Of a DNA stretch of 64,000 bases, positions 45,606 through 53,522 are shown one piece after another. A program made the translations under genes and the position numbers. The stretch is taken from IMG/VR virus record IMGVR_UViG_3300042914_002678; one strand, 5' to 3'. The notes beneath the pieces are model-generated. The model did not search any database, was not told the origin of the DNA, and saw only the letters and a list, made by a program, of their open reading frames with translations. Numbering within the stretch: position 1 is the stretch's first letter; every line of letters begins with the position of its first letter. This DNA comes from a virus. Taxonomy: Duplodnaviria; Caudoviricetes.

Positions 45606-45718
45606 TTTCTTTAACGGAAAAAGATTTACGAGAACTACAACAAAGAGTTCTTCAGCAAAAAATGAATGAACTCTTTGAAGAACCATCAACTTACGAAGAC
45701 GAGGATGAAGATGATTAA
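45602..45718 (+). CDS. Small acidic peptide (38 aa)
   Basis: Read manually: MISLTEKDLRELQQRVL...QKMNELFEEPSTYEDEDEDD. Confidence 0.5.
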   Translation: MISLTEKDLRELQQRVLQQKMNELFEEPSTYEDEDEDD

Positions 45719-45803
45719 AACACTTTTTCTATTATCAATCATATATTTTTCTACGATTGGTCTGTGGATTTATTGGGGATTAACCCATGCATACCAACCA
45801 TAA
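45711..45803 (+). CDS. Small membrane peptide (30 aa)
   Basis: Read manually: MIKTLFLLSIIYFSTIGLWIYWGLTHAYQP. Confidence 0.45.
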   Translation: MIKTLFLLSIIYFSTIGLWIYWGLTHAYQP

Positions 45804-45987
45804 ACAAAGATATAACTTTGCTATGTCTGCTTTTGTGAGAATGTATGGATACTCTGTGATACATAATCATGATATCAAGCAGTTCTGCACTGAATGGTCT
45901 AACTGGCAAGTAAATGCTCCATTATCAGGGCTTGACGAAGCGGACCAATACTTGTATTATGAGTACAAGAACTGGAGAGGAAGATGA
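45787..45987 (+). CDS. Hypothetical protein
   Basis: 66 aa ORF in a coupled chain. Confidence 0.6.
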   Translation: MHTNHKQRYNFAMSAFVRMYGYSVIHNHDIKQFCTEWSNWQVNAPLSGLDEADQYLYYEYKNWRGR

Positions 45988-46109
45988 TTTTTCATCTAGT
46001 TGAAACACTTGCAGCAAGTCCAATTTGGTTGGGTCTTTGTGGAGCAGGCTTGACAGTAGTTCCAATCCTTGGTATTATATACATACATTCAAAGAACAAC
46101 GGGGCGTAG
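45984..46109 (+). CDS. Small membrane peptide (41 aa); stop codon lies inside tRNA-Pro
   Basis: Read manually: MIFHLVETLAASPIWLGLCGAGLTVVPILGIIY...; contains promoter TTGACA(46050)-17-TATTAT. Confidence 0.5.
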   Translation: MIFHLVETLAASPIWLGLCGAGLTVVPILGIIYIHSKNNGA

Positions 46110-46171
46110 TTCAGCGGTAGAATGCTGGTTTTGGGAACCAGAGGTCACAGGTTCGATCCCTGTCGCCCCGA
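46100..46171 (+). tRNA. trnP: tRNA-Pro(UGG)
   Basis: CTGGT-TT-TGG-GA-ACCAG. Confidence 0.95.
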
Positions 46172-46188
46172 CTCATAAAAATCACTTT

Positions 46189-46419
46189 ATGAAAATGTAT
46201 CAAGAACTAAACGAACTTCAATCATTTACAGTTGAAGAGTTTCAAAAAGATTTTGACAAACTTATAGAAAGAGTTGAGAACGGTGAATCATTTATTATAC
46301 GAGATGGAAATAAAAACGCTGTGATAGTTCCTTACAATGAAACCATAAAGTACGCAATAGAATCTAACGTGGATGATGAATTGATACGTCTCCACACCGA
46401 CCACGAAGAAGGTTCGTGA
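46189..46419 (+). CDS. Orphan Phd/YefM-like antitoxin-fold protein
   Basis: FTVEEFQKDFDKLIERVENGESFIIRDGNKNAVIVP; start moved to 46189 because 46069 lies upstream of tRNA-Pro. Confidence 0.6.
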   Translation: MKMYQELNELQSFTVEEFQKDFDKLIERVENGESFIIRDGNKNAVIVPYNETIKYAIESNVDDELIRLHTDHEEGS

Positions 46420-46426
46420 TTTTCTT

Positions 46427-46498
46427 GGGAGTATAGCTTAATGGTTAGAGCGCCCTGCTTATAACGGGGTAGTCTGGGTTCAACTCCCAGTACTCCTA
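46427..46498 (+). tRNA. trnI: tRNA-Ile(UAU)
   Basis: CCCTG-CT-TAT-AA-CGGGG; complete cloverleaf. Confidence 0.88.
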
Positions 46499-46502
46499 CC
46501 TT

Positions 46503-46575
46503 GCTCCTTTAGCAATCTGGTGAATGCAGCGAACTCATAATTCGCCTGAGGCGTGTTCGATCCACGCAAGGAGCA
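46503..46575 (+). tRNA. trnM: tRNA with CAU anticodon (elongator Met or Ile2; not initiator)
   Basis: GCGAA-CT-CAT-AA-TTCGC; paired 1:72; no GGG/CCC initiator stem. Confidence 0.85.
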
Positions 46576-46576
46576 C

Positions 46577-46606
46577 TTGACAGAATCCCTGTCAAACCCT
46601 TATAAT
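46577..46606 (+). promoter_or_regulatory. sigma70 promoter TTGACA-18-TATAAT
   Basis: Consensus boxes; TTGACAG/CTGTCAA inverted repeat. Confidence 0.75.
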
Positions 46607-46628
46607 ACTAAGGTCAACATTCAAAACA

Positions 46629-46844
46629 ATGACTCTTACAGCAAAATTCAAGAAAGATGTGCAAACCCTTCGTGGTGCAGCAAATGGTGATTTCTACCTT
46701 GATGTAAAGAATCCGAAACTATACAAAAAGGTTCGCCGCTACTACGAAAACGAAGGTGTAGTATTCTCTGGTGATCCTCTTGATGACTATGAAATGCTTA
46801 TGGAATACGTCGCTAGTGATCTTGAATCAGTTGAAGTAGCATGA
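46629..46844 (+). CDS. Conserved cyanophage-type hypothetical protein
   Basis: LDVKNPKLYKKVRRYYENEGV.FSGDPLDDY. Confidence 0.75.
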   Translation: MTLTAKFKKDVQTLRGAANGDFYLDVKNPKLYKKVRRYYENEGVVFSGDPLDDYEMLMEYVASDLESVEVA

Positions 46845-47077
46845 AGACTAAAGTTCTTTTTGAACGTGAAGGATATCGCTTTGTAGAAGTTGGTATTCTT
46901 GAAATTAACGGTAAACCTGATTACCGTATGCAAAAACAAAATGAATACACCAAACGTTGGAATGACATTTATCTCTTTGATAATGGTTTACAATGTACTA
47001 CTGCAATGGAAGACATTGAATATGCGAAATGGTTAGACCCAGATAGAGTTCCATGCTACGTTAGAGATGATGATTAA
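46841..47077 (+). CDS. Hypothetical protein
   Basis: 78 aa, ATGA coupling. Confidence 0.7.
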   Translation: MKTKVLFEREGYRFVEVGILEINGKPDYRMQKQNEYTKRWNDIYLFDNGLQCTTAMEDIEYAKWLDPDRVPCYVRDDD

Positions 47078-47125
47078 ATAGACACGGATGGTCTATAACA
47101 GCACTGGTCGGGAGCAAACCCCTTT

Positions 47126-47353
47126 ATGGCAAAATCTGATTTATTCAGATACATTGGCAATATTCTTCTTTTGTCGGGATATTTTTTCCTGCTTTGGGGA
47201 GATATGCAAATTGGATTATTTGTAAAATGTATTGGGAATATTTTTGTTGTTCCCTTTGCAATCAAATATAAGTTTTGGGATATACTTTTCTTATGTGGAT
47301 TTTATGCTGCTATTGAAGTACCAAAACTAATCCAACTTTTCCTAGTTAAGTAA
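47126..47353 (+). CDS. Small multi-pass membrane protein
   Basis: Three hydrophobic segments. Confidence 0.65.
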   Translation: MAKSDLFRYIGNILLLSGYFFLLWGDMQIGLFVKCIGNIFVVPFAIKYKFWDILFLCGFYAAIEVPKLIQLFLVK

Positions 47354-47357
47354 AACT

Positions 47358-47478
47358 AGGTGGTGGAGTCAATATGACCCCTTGGTTTCTTGCTTTTCCT
47401 CAAGAGCAAGTGGTGCGGATGGGGAATTCTTTCTCCGCCTGGTTTCCAATTTCCAGTTAAAGAATTGGTGGCGAGCCT
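47358..47478 (+). ncRNA. wcaG-type RNA (tandem UGGYG hairpin modules)
   Basis: Duplicated unit CCTTGGTTTCTTGC...GCAAGTGGTG vs GCCTGGTTTCCAAT...ATTGGTGGCG with compensatory stem changes; upstream of a WcaG-family epimerase. Family name is from memory. Confidence 0.7.
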
Positions 47479-47487
47479 GAGTTACCG

Positions 47488-47523
47488 AGGTGGGTTGCAT
47501 AAACCCACCTTTTTTAGTATAAT
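47488..47523 (+). terminator. Terminator hairpin overlapping sigma70 promoter TTGCAT-17-TATAAT
   Basis: GGTGGGTT/AACCCACC followed by T6; -35 at 47495, -10 at 47518. Confidence 0.7.
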
Positions 47524-47539
47524 ATATAAAGGGAGTTTA

Positions 47540-48640
47540 ATGCAATCTATGAGTGATTATACGAAAACAGCACTTGTACTTGGTGCTGGTGGGTTTATTG
47601 GAAGTCATATGGTGAAGAGGTTGAAATCAGAGGGGTATTGGGTTCGTGGTGTGGACCTTAAGTATCCTGAGTTTTCTGTCTCTGAAGCAGATGAATTTAT
47701 TCAGGGAGACTTGCGCGACATGAGTTTTGTTCGCCGTGTTCTTGAATTCAAAGGAGAGCAAGGTAATTTTTACGCTAATGTTCCTTATCGTTACATTCTT
47801 CCTTTTCACGAGATCTATCAGTTCGCTGCTGATATGGGTGGTGCTGGATTTGTGTTCACTGGAGAGAACGATGCAGATATTATGCATAACTCCGCAACAA
47901 TTAACCTCAATGTCCTTGAAGCACAACGTCAACTGAATGAAACATTTAATGGTGTTGAAAAAGAATGGACTAATTGTAACCGTCCTGTTCTAGATTACCA
48001 GACTAAAATTTTCTACTCTGGATCTGCCTGCATGTATCCAGAGCACAATCAATTAGACCCAGATAATCCAGATTGTCGTGAAGAATCAGCATACCCTGCC
48101 AATCCAGATTCTGAATATGGTTGGGAGAAACTGTTCTCAGAGCGGTTGTTTTTCGCTTATTCACGTAACCATGGTATTCCTGTTAGGGTTGCTCGGTATC
48201 ATAATATTTTTGGACCAGAGGGAACTTGGGAAGGAGGTAGAGAAAAAGCACCAGCTGCAATTTGTCGTAAAGTGGCATATCTTCCAAAAGAAGGTGGCAC
48301 AATTGATGTGTGGGGTGATGGAAAACAGACTCGTTCCTTCCTGTATATTGATGAATGTATTGAAGCAACCCGTCGTTTGATGGACTCTAATTTCCAAGGT
48401 CCTGTGAATATTGGTTCTGAGGAAATGGTAACCATCAATCAACTTGTAGAAACTGCTGCTAAAGTTGCTGGTAAGAATGTGGAGAAGAATCATATTGATG
48501 GTCCCCTTGGGGTTCGTGGTCGTAACTCTAATAACGATTTAATTCGTGAGAAACTTGGATGGGATTACTCCCAAACCTTAGAAGAAGGAATCGCAAAAAC
48601 GTATAGGTGGATTGAGGAACAAATAAATGTCAAGGCATAA
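47540..48640 (+). CDS. GDP-mannose 3,5-epimerase-like SDR (WcaG family)
   Basis: GAGGFIG, QFAADMGG, SACMYP, YGWEK, GREKAPAAICRK; start at MQSMSDY rather than 47390. Confidence 0.88.
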   Translation: MQSMSDYTKTALVLGAGGFIGSHMVKRLKSEGYWVRGVDLKYPEFSVSEADEFIQGDLRDMSFVRRVLEFKGEQGNFYANVPYRYILPFHEIYQFAADMGGAGFVFTGENDADIMHNSATINLNVLEAQRQLNETFNGVEKEWTNCNRPVLDYQTKIFYSGSACMYPEHNQLDPDNPDCREESAYPANPDSEYGWEKLFSERLFFAYSRNHGIPVRVARYHNIFGPEGTWEGGREKAPAAICRKVAYLPKEGGTIDVWGDGKQTRSFLYIDECIEATRRLMDSNFQGPVNIGSEEMVTINQLVETAAKVAGKNVEKNHIDGPLGVRGRNSNNDLIREKLGWDYSQTLEEGIAKTYRWIEEQINVKA

Positions 48641-49433
48641 GTTTAATCTTGTAGGCAATACCTTTGACTATGCCGATGCTCCAAAGTGTTCTGTTTGGGG
48701 TAAAGAGTCGAAGAAAACTGAATGGGTAAGTGAAGGTGGAGATGGAACCTTTTACATTGATGCTGCCATAGGTTATGCATTTGATGATGATGTTAAGGGT
48801 CCAAAGTATGCTTGGATTCTTGAGTCTGCTGCAATTCTTCCACAAATTACTGATTTTGTAAAAGGTGCAGGCAGAGAAAGAGTATTGAATTCTTTTGATA
48901 TTATCTTTACTCATAACAAAGACTTAATTAAGATTAATCCAGAAAAATTTAAATGGGTTCCTGCACAGGGAACTTGGATTAAACAACCAAAGGTATATGA
49001 GAAGTCTAAGATGATTTCGATGATTTCCTCAAATAAAACAATGTGTGAGGGGCATAGAAAGCGTCTTGAATGGGTTGAAAGATTTAAGGATCAGGTTGAT
49101 TTCTATGGTCGTGGGTTTCCGACCGAAATTAAGTTTAAGGAGGAAGGTTTGTGTGATTATATGTTCTCAATTGCAATTGAGAACGCTTCATACGAAACTT
49201 ACTTTACTGAAAAAATCTTAGATTGTTTTGCCACTGGAACTATTCCCGTTTATTATGGTGCTCCTGATATTGGGGATTATTTTAATAAGGATGGCATCAT
49301 TGATCTAAGTGAAGAGTTTGAGGTCTCAGATGATATCTACTACAGTAAAATGGATGCTATCGAAGAGAACTTAGAAAAAGCTAAAAAAATGGAAGTGCTT
49401 GAAGATTTTATTTGGGAGAATTATTTCGCATGA
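48627..49433 (+). CDS. GT10 (alpha-1,3-fucosyltransferase-like) glycosyltransferase
   Basis: YMFSIAIEN, YFTEKI.DCF..GTIPVYYG. Confidence 0.8.
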   Translation: MSRHKFNLVGNTFDYADAPKCSVWGKESKKTEWVSEGGDGTFYIDAAIGYAFDDDVKGPKYAWILESAAILPQITDFVKGAGRERVLNSFDIIFTHNKDLIKINPEKFKWVPAQGTWIKQPKVYEKSKMISMISSNKTMCEGHRKRLEWVERFKDQVDFYGRGFPTEIKFKEEGLCDYMFSIAIENASYETYFTEKILDCFATGTIPVYYGAPDIGDYFNKDGIIDLSEEFEVSDDIYYSKMDAIEENLEKAKKMEVLEDFIWENYFA

Positions 49434-49972
49434 CAAAAGAAGTATTTGATTTGGCAGTGTCTGAAGGTAGACCTGTTTGCTATTATATCTTTAGAGATCT
49501 TGGAATCGGTAAAGAGTGTAAGTATTTTGTAGAGACTGGAACTCATTTTGGTGGTAGCGTTCAGTTTGCTTTGGATCTTGGGTTTGAGCAAATTTACAGT
49601 TGTGAATTTATGGAGGATCGTTATCAGCATTGTATGGAAAAATTCCAAGACAATGATAATGTAAATCTTTGGTTGGGTGATTCCAGTGATTGCTTTGCTG
49701 ATATGATGAAGCAAGTGGACAAAAGAACTTGCTTTTGGCTAGATGCTCACGGAGAGGGTGGTGGAGTTCCTACGTTTGAAGAACTTGATTTGATTGAACA
49801 GAATGAAATCAAGAATCATACCATTGTGATTGATGATATCCCCGTATATTTCCTTGGTAAAGAAAAGGAATTGGAAGAGAAACTACTTTCAATAAATCCT
49901 GATTATACGCTTAAGTATTATAAGTCTATTAATCCAACGGACGATTATGTTTTAGTTGCTTACGTCGAGTGA
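49430..49972 (+). CDS. Class I SAM methyltransferase-like protein
   Basis: FVETGTHFG, GDS, FWLDAH, IVIDD. Confidence 0.7.
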   Translation: MTKEVFDLAVSEGRPVCYYIFRDLGIGKECKYFVETGTHFGGSVQFALDLGFEQIYSCEFMEDRYQHCMEKFQDNDNVNLWLGDSSDCFADMMKQVDKRTCFWLDAHGEGGGVPTFEELDLIEQNEIKNHTIVIDDIPVYFLGKEKELEEKLLSINPDYTLKYYKSINPTDDYVLVAYVE

Positions 49973-49973
49973 T

Positions 49974-50681
49974 ATGAAACCTTGCATAATTAAACAACCT
50001 GCGGGAATTGGTGATGTTTTCTTTCTTCAAAAAGTAGCACACACTTATCGGGAAAAAGGTTGCAAAATTATTTGGGCACTTAGAGATGATATTTTCTGGG
50101 TTTCTGAATACATACCTGATATTGAATGGTATAAATTGAGTGATCAGTTTCCAGGAAAAGAGTTGTTTAATTATGCTGGATTTGGTGAAACGGATGAATT
50201 TATTTACATAGATGCTTCAACTGCAGATAGAACTTTCAATACTGATCCCACAAGGATTATGTCTGCAAAATTTGGTTTAGTTGGACTTGATCACACTGAC
50301 TGGGGAAAGTATTTTAAATTCAATCGCAACTATGAAAAAGAAAACAAACTTTATTATGAAGTTTTAGGTCTTACTGATGATAGTGAATATGTTTATGTAA
50401 ACGATATTATCAATACTAATATAGTTAAGACCGGTAAATTTAATAATTTGGAGTTTAAGTATCCTGCAATTTTTAATCAAATCTATGAAGAATATACTTT
50501 ATTTGATTGGATTAAAGTATGGGAGAATGCAAAAGAAATTCATACTATTCCAACAGGAATGTGTTTTATTATAGATGTCATTGACACTAAAGGAGAGATA
50601 TACTATTATCCTCAGGACGAGAGACAATATAAAGATGTGATAGACATCTTTAGCAAAGTTACTGAATACAGAAATGCTTGA
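49974..50681 (+). CDS. Probable glycosyltransferase-like protein
   Basis: QPAGIGDVFF N-terminal motif reminiscent of GT-B enzymes; island context. Confidence 0.55.
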   Translation: MKPCIIKQPAGIGDVFFLQKVAHTYREKGCKIIWALRDDIFWVSEYIPDIEWYKLSDQFPGKELFNYAGFGETDEFIYIDASTADRTFNTDPTRIMSAKFGLVGLDHTDWGKYFKFNRNYEKENKLYYEVLGLTDDSEYVYVNDIINTNIVKTGKFNNLEFKYPAIFNQIYEEYTLFDWIKVWENAKEIHTIPTGMCFIIDVIDTKGEIYYYPQDERQYKDVIDIFSKVTEYRNA

Positions 50682-51303
50682 AAATTATTCAAAGAACATA
50701 GATGGAATTGTCTATCAGGTAGATAAACAACACATCGATTATGATAAAGATTATGTGAATACTCGCTATGTTAAGTATGGAGAACTTCCAACTTATATGG
50801 GATATTTGCGTTTAGGTAATATTATTGGATCTCTTAATCGAGTTCCAAAAAGTATTCTTGATGTTGGTTATGGTGATGGATCTTTTTTGAAAGTCTGTAA
50901 TAATATTGTTCCCGAATGTTATGGGTATGATATTTCAACCTATCCTATTCCAAATGGATGTACTCAAGTTGAAAGTATTACAGAAAATTTTTATGATGTA
51001 ATTACTTTCTTTGATTCTCTCGAACACTTTGAAGACATTGATTTTGTTCGTGATTTGAAGTGTAGTGCTGTGTGCATTTCTGTTCCTCATTGCCACTATA
51101 AAAACGATGAGTGGTTTGAGAATTGGAAACATAGGAGACCAAATGAACACCTTTGGCACTTTGATAAAAAATCATTGGTTACATTTATGAACAGAATGGG
51201 ATATGAAATTATATCTTCTAGCAATGTAGAAGATACTATTCGTAAAAATAAGGAAGAAGAATCTAACATTTTGACTTGTGTTTTTAAAAAAGTAAAAGTA
51301 TGA
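50674..51303 (+). CDS. Class I SAM-dependent methyltransferase
   Basis: ILDVGYGDG, YDVITFFDSLEH, HLWHF. Confidence 0.82.
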   Translation: MLENYSKNIDGIVYQVDKQHIDYDKDYVNTRYVKYGELPTYMGYLRLGNIIGSLNRVPKSILDVGYGDGSFLKVCNNIVPECYGYDISTYPIPNGCTQVESITENFYDVITFFDSLEHFEDIDFVRDLKCSAVCISVPHCHYKNDEWFENWKHRRPNEHLWHFDKKSLVTFMNRMGYEIISSSNVEDTIRKNKEEESNILTCVFKKVKV

Positions 51304-52310
51304 AAGCTGTTGTATTAGAAAAAATTGATGCACCTCTTGCGATTAGAGATGTTGAATTGACTGAACTAAAGGTGGGTCAGGTTCTTGTTAAGATACTTGT
51401 AAGTGGTTTGTGTGGCGCACAACTCCATGAAATTCGTGGTCATAAGGGAAATGCAAAGTTTCTTCCTCATCTAATGGGTCATGAAGGATGTGGCATTGTT
51501 GAAGAAGTTGGACCTGGTGTAACCACAGTTAAAGTTGGTGATAAGGTTGTGATGCATTGGAGACCTGGAACTGGAATTGAAGCACCATTTCCATCATATG
51601 TTCTCGATGGAAAATCGATGAGTAGTGGTAAAGTAACTACTTTAAGTGAGTATTCTATTGTATCCGAAAATAGACTAACTACTGTCCCTCAAGATACTCC
51701 AGAAGATTTGTGTGCAATTCTCGGTTGTGCTCTGACGACTGCAATGGGAATTATTGATAATGAGATTGATCTTAAGTTTGGTGAAAGCGTTGCTGTTGTT
51801 GGATGTGGTGGTGTTGGATTGAACTTGATTCAAGCAGCAGCACTTAAGAGTGCGTGCCCAATCTATGCAATTGATAATAATGTGACAAAGAGAGATCTTT
51901 GCTTTACTGCTGGAGCATCTCTCTTTACTAACTCTATCAACAATTTGGAGGAAAGTGTAGATGTAATTATTGATACTACAGGTATTCCTGAAGTTATTAG
52001 TGAGTGTGCATCAAAACTTTCTGGTAAAGGGCGTATGGTTCTAGTTGGGCAACCAGCTCCTGGACGTGGTATTGAGATTATGAATGCACTTAACCTTTTT
52101 AATGGTATGGGTCAAAGTATTAAAGCAACTCAAGGTGGAAAGACCAATCCTGCAGAAGATATCCCTCGTTATGTTCGTATGCATAAAGAAGGTTTGTTAG
52201 ATATCAAGCAATTTGTTACACATCGTTTCAAACTAGATGAAGTAAATGATGCATTCGACTTGCTTAAGTCAGGAAATGCTGGTAGAATTATTGTCGAAAT
52301 AGGAGTATAA
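51300..52310 (+). CDS. Zinc-binding medium-chain dehydrogenase
   Basis: GLCGAQ, GHEGCG, GCGGVG; lacks the structural-zinc Cys cluster. Confidence 0.88.
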   Translation: MKAVVLEKIDAPLAIRDVELTELKVGQVLVKILVSGLCGAQLHEIRGHKGNAKFLPHLMGHEGCGIVEEVGPGVTTVKVGDKVVMHWRPGTGIEAPFPSYVLDGKSMSSGKVTTLSEYSIVSENRLTTVPQDTPEDLCAILGCALTTAMGIIDNEIDLKFGESVAVVGCGGVGLNLIQAAALKSACPIYAIDNNVTKRDLCFTAGASLFTNSINNLEESVDVIIDTTGIPEVISECASKLSGKGRMVLVGQPAPGRGIEIMNALNLFNGMGQSIKATQGGKTNPAEDIPRYVRMHKEGLLDIKQFVTHRFKLDEVNDAFDLLKSGNAGRIIVEIGV

Positions 52311-52313
52311 TAG

Positions 52314-53522
52314 ATGAGAGGAACTGATTGGACGCCTGAAGGTCTTCGTTCTTTTGTAGATAAGATCGCAGAACATCACGATGCTGGTCGTTTGCCTTTT
52401 GCCCTCCACCTTCCTGGTGGTAATGAAGAGCAATTGATTGATATTTTTTCGAACATTAATGAGGGGGATTACGTTTTATCCACTCATAGAAATATGTACC
52501 ATGCCTTGTTGCACGGTCTTCCTCCAGAAGAAGTTGAGAATAAAATTCTTAATGGTCGAAGTATGTTTATGTTTGATCGTGAACGTAACTTCTACGTCTC
52601 TGCTATTATTGGTGGACCTGTTGCAATTGCTGTAGGCATTGCTTGGGCATTGAAGCGTAAGGGATCAACTCAAAAGGTTTGGTGCTTCCTTGGTGATGGA
52701 ACTGAAGATACTGGGCACTTTGCAGAAGCAGTGCGTTATGTGGATGGATTCGATCTTCCCTGCACCTTTGTGATAGAAGATGACAGAATGGCAGTAGAAG
52801 CACCAAAAGAACGTCGCTGGGGAACTGATAAAGACCTTGATTGGCCTTCTTGCGTTGTTCGCTACCATTACACTAAGACTCGCCCTCACATTCGTACTGG
52901 TAACTTTGCCGACTTGAAGGTGATGAAGGAAATTATGCGAACTGATGAGGAGTATTTCCCTCTTCTTCCTAAGCGCGAGTATCCAAAACCAGTTGATTAT
53001 CATCCCCTTGATATAAAGTTCAAGGATGCAGTAACTCAGGGTATGACTGAACTTGGTGAAGATGGTGCAATCTTTATTGGATATAGTCTCATTCCTGGTG
53101 ATGCAATGGGAACTCTCAAGAATGTTCCTGATGACCAAAAGATTGAAACTCCCGTTGCAGAAAATCTAATGGTTGGTCTTGCAATTGGTATGTCATTTGA
53201 AGGTTTTAAACCAGTTGTTTATTTTGAACGGCATGACTTTATGTTGGTTGCTGCCGATGCCATTGGCAATCATGTAGATAAAATCGAAAGAATCTCACAC
53301 GGAGAATTTAAAGTTCCTATCATTCTAAAAACTGTTGTTGATGATGGTGGACTGTTCTATTCTGGACCTACTCATTCTCAGGACTTTACAAAAGTATTCC
53401 AAGAGTTGGTAGATTTCCCTGTTCTTGACCCTCAAACTCCAGAGGAAGCTTTGGATATGTATAGGTATGCCAAAGATAGTGATGGTCCTGTGATGATTGT
53501 AGAGCACAAAAAGTTCCACTGA
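52314..53522 (+). CDS. Fused TPP-dependent E1-alpha / E1-beta-N (transketolase-like) protein
   Basis: STHR, FLGDGT TPP motif, ETPVAEN..VGLAIG; no beta C-terminal domain. Confidence 0.82.
   Translation: MRGTDWTPEGLRSFVDKIAEHHDAGRLPFALHLPGGNEEQLIDIFSNINEGDYVLSTHRNMYHALLHGLPPEEVENKILNGRSMFMFDRERNFYVSAIIGGPVAIAVGIAWALKRKGSTQKVWCFLGDGTEDTGHFAEAVRYVDGFDLPCTFVIEDDRMAVEAPKERRWGTDKDLDWPSCVVRYHYTKTRPHIRTGNFADLKVMKEIMRTDEEYFPLLPKREYPKPVDYHPLDIKFKDAVTQGMTELGEDGAIFIGYSLIPGDAMGTLKNVPDDQKIETPVAENLMVGLAIGMSFEGFKPVVYFERHDFMLVAADAIGNHVDKIERISHGEFKVPIILKTVVDDGGLFYSGPTHSQDFTKVFQELVDFPVLDPQTPEEALDMYRYAKDSDGPVMIVEHKKFH

Noticed and set aside
46069-46188. Listed N-terminal extension of the 46069 ORF
   Set aside because: Overlaps tRNA-Pro; the protein starts at 46189
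47390-47539. Listed N-terminal extension of the epimerase ORF
   Set aside because: Runs through the wcaG-type RNA, terminator and promoter; the real start is 47540 or 47549
52314-53522. Pyruvate dehydrogenase as a central-metabolism AMG
   Set aside because: Truncated beta domain, no E2/E3 in the window, and it is embedded in a glycan operon
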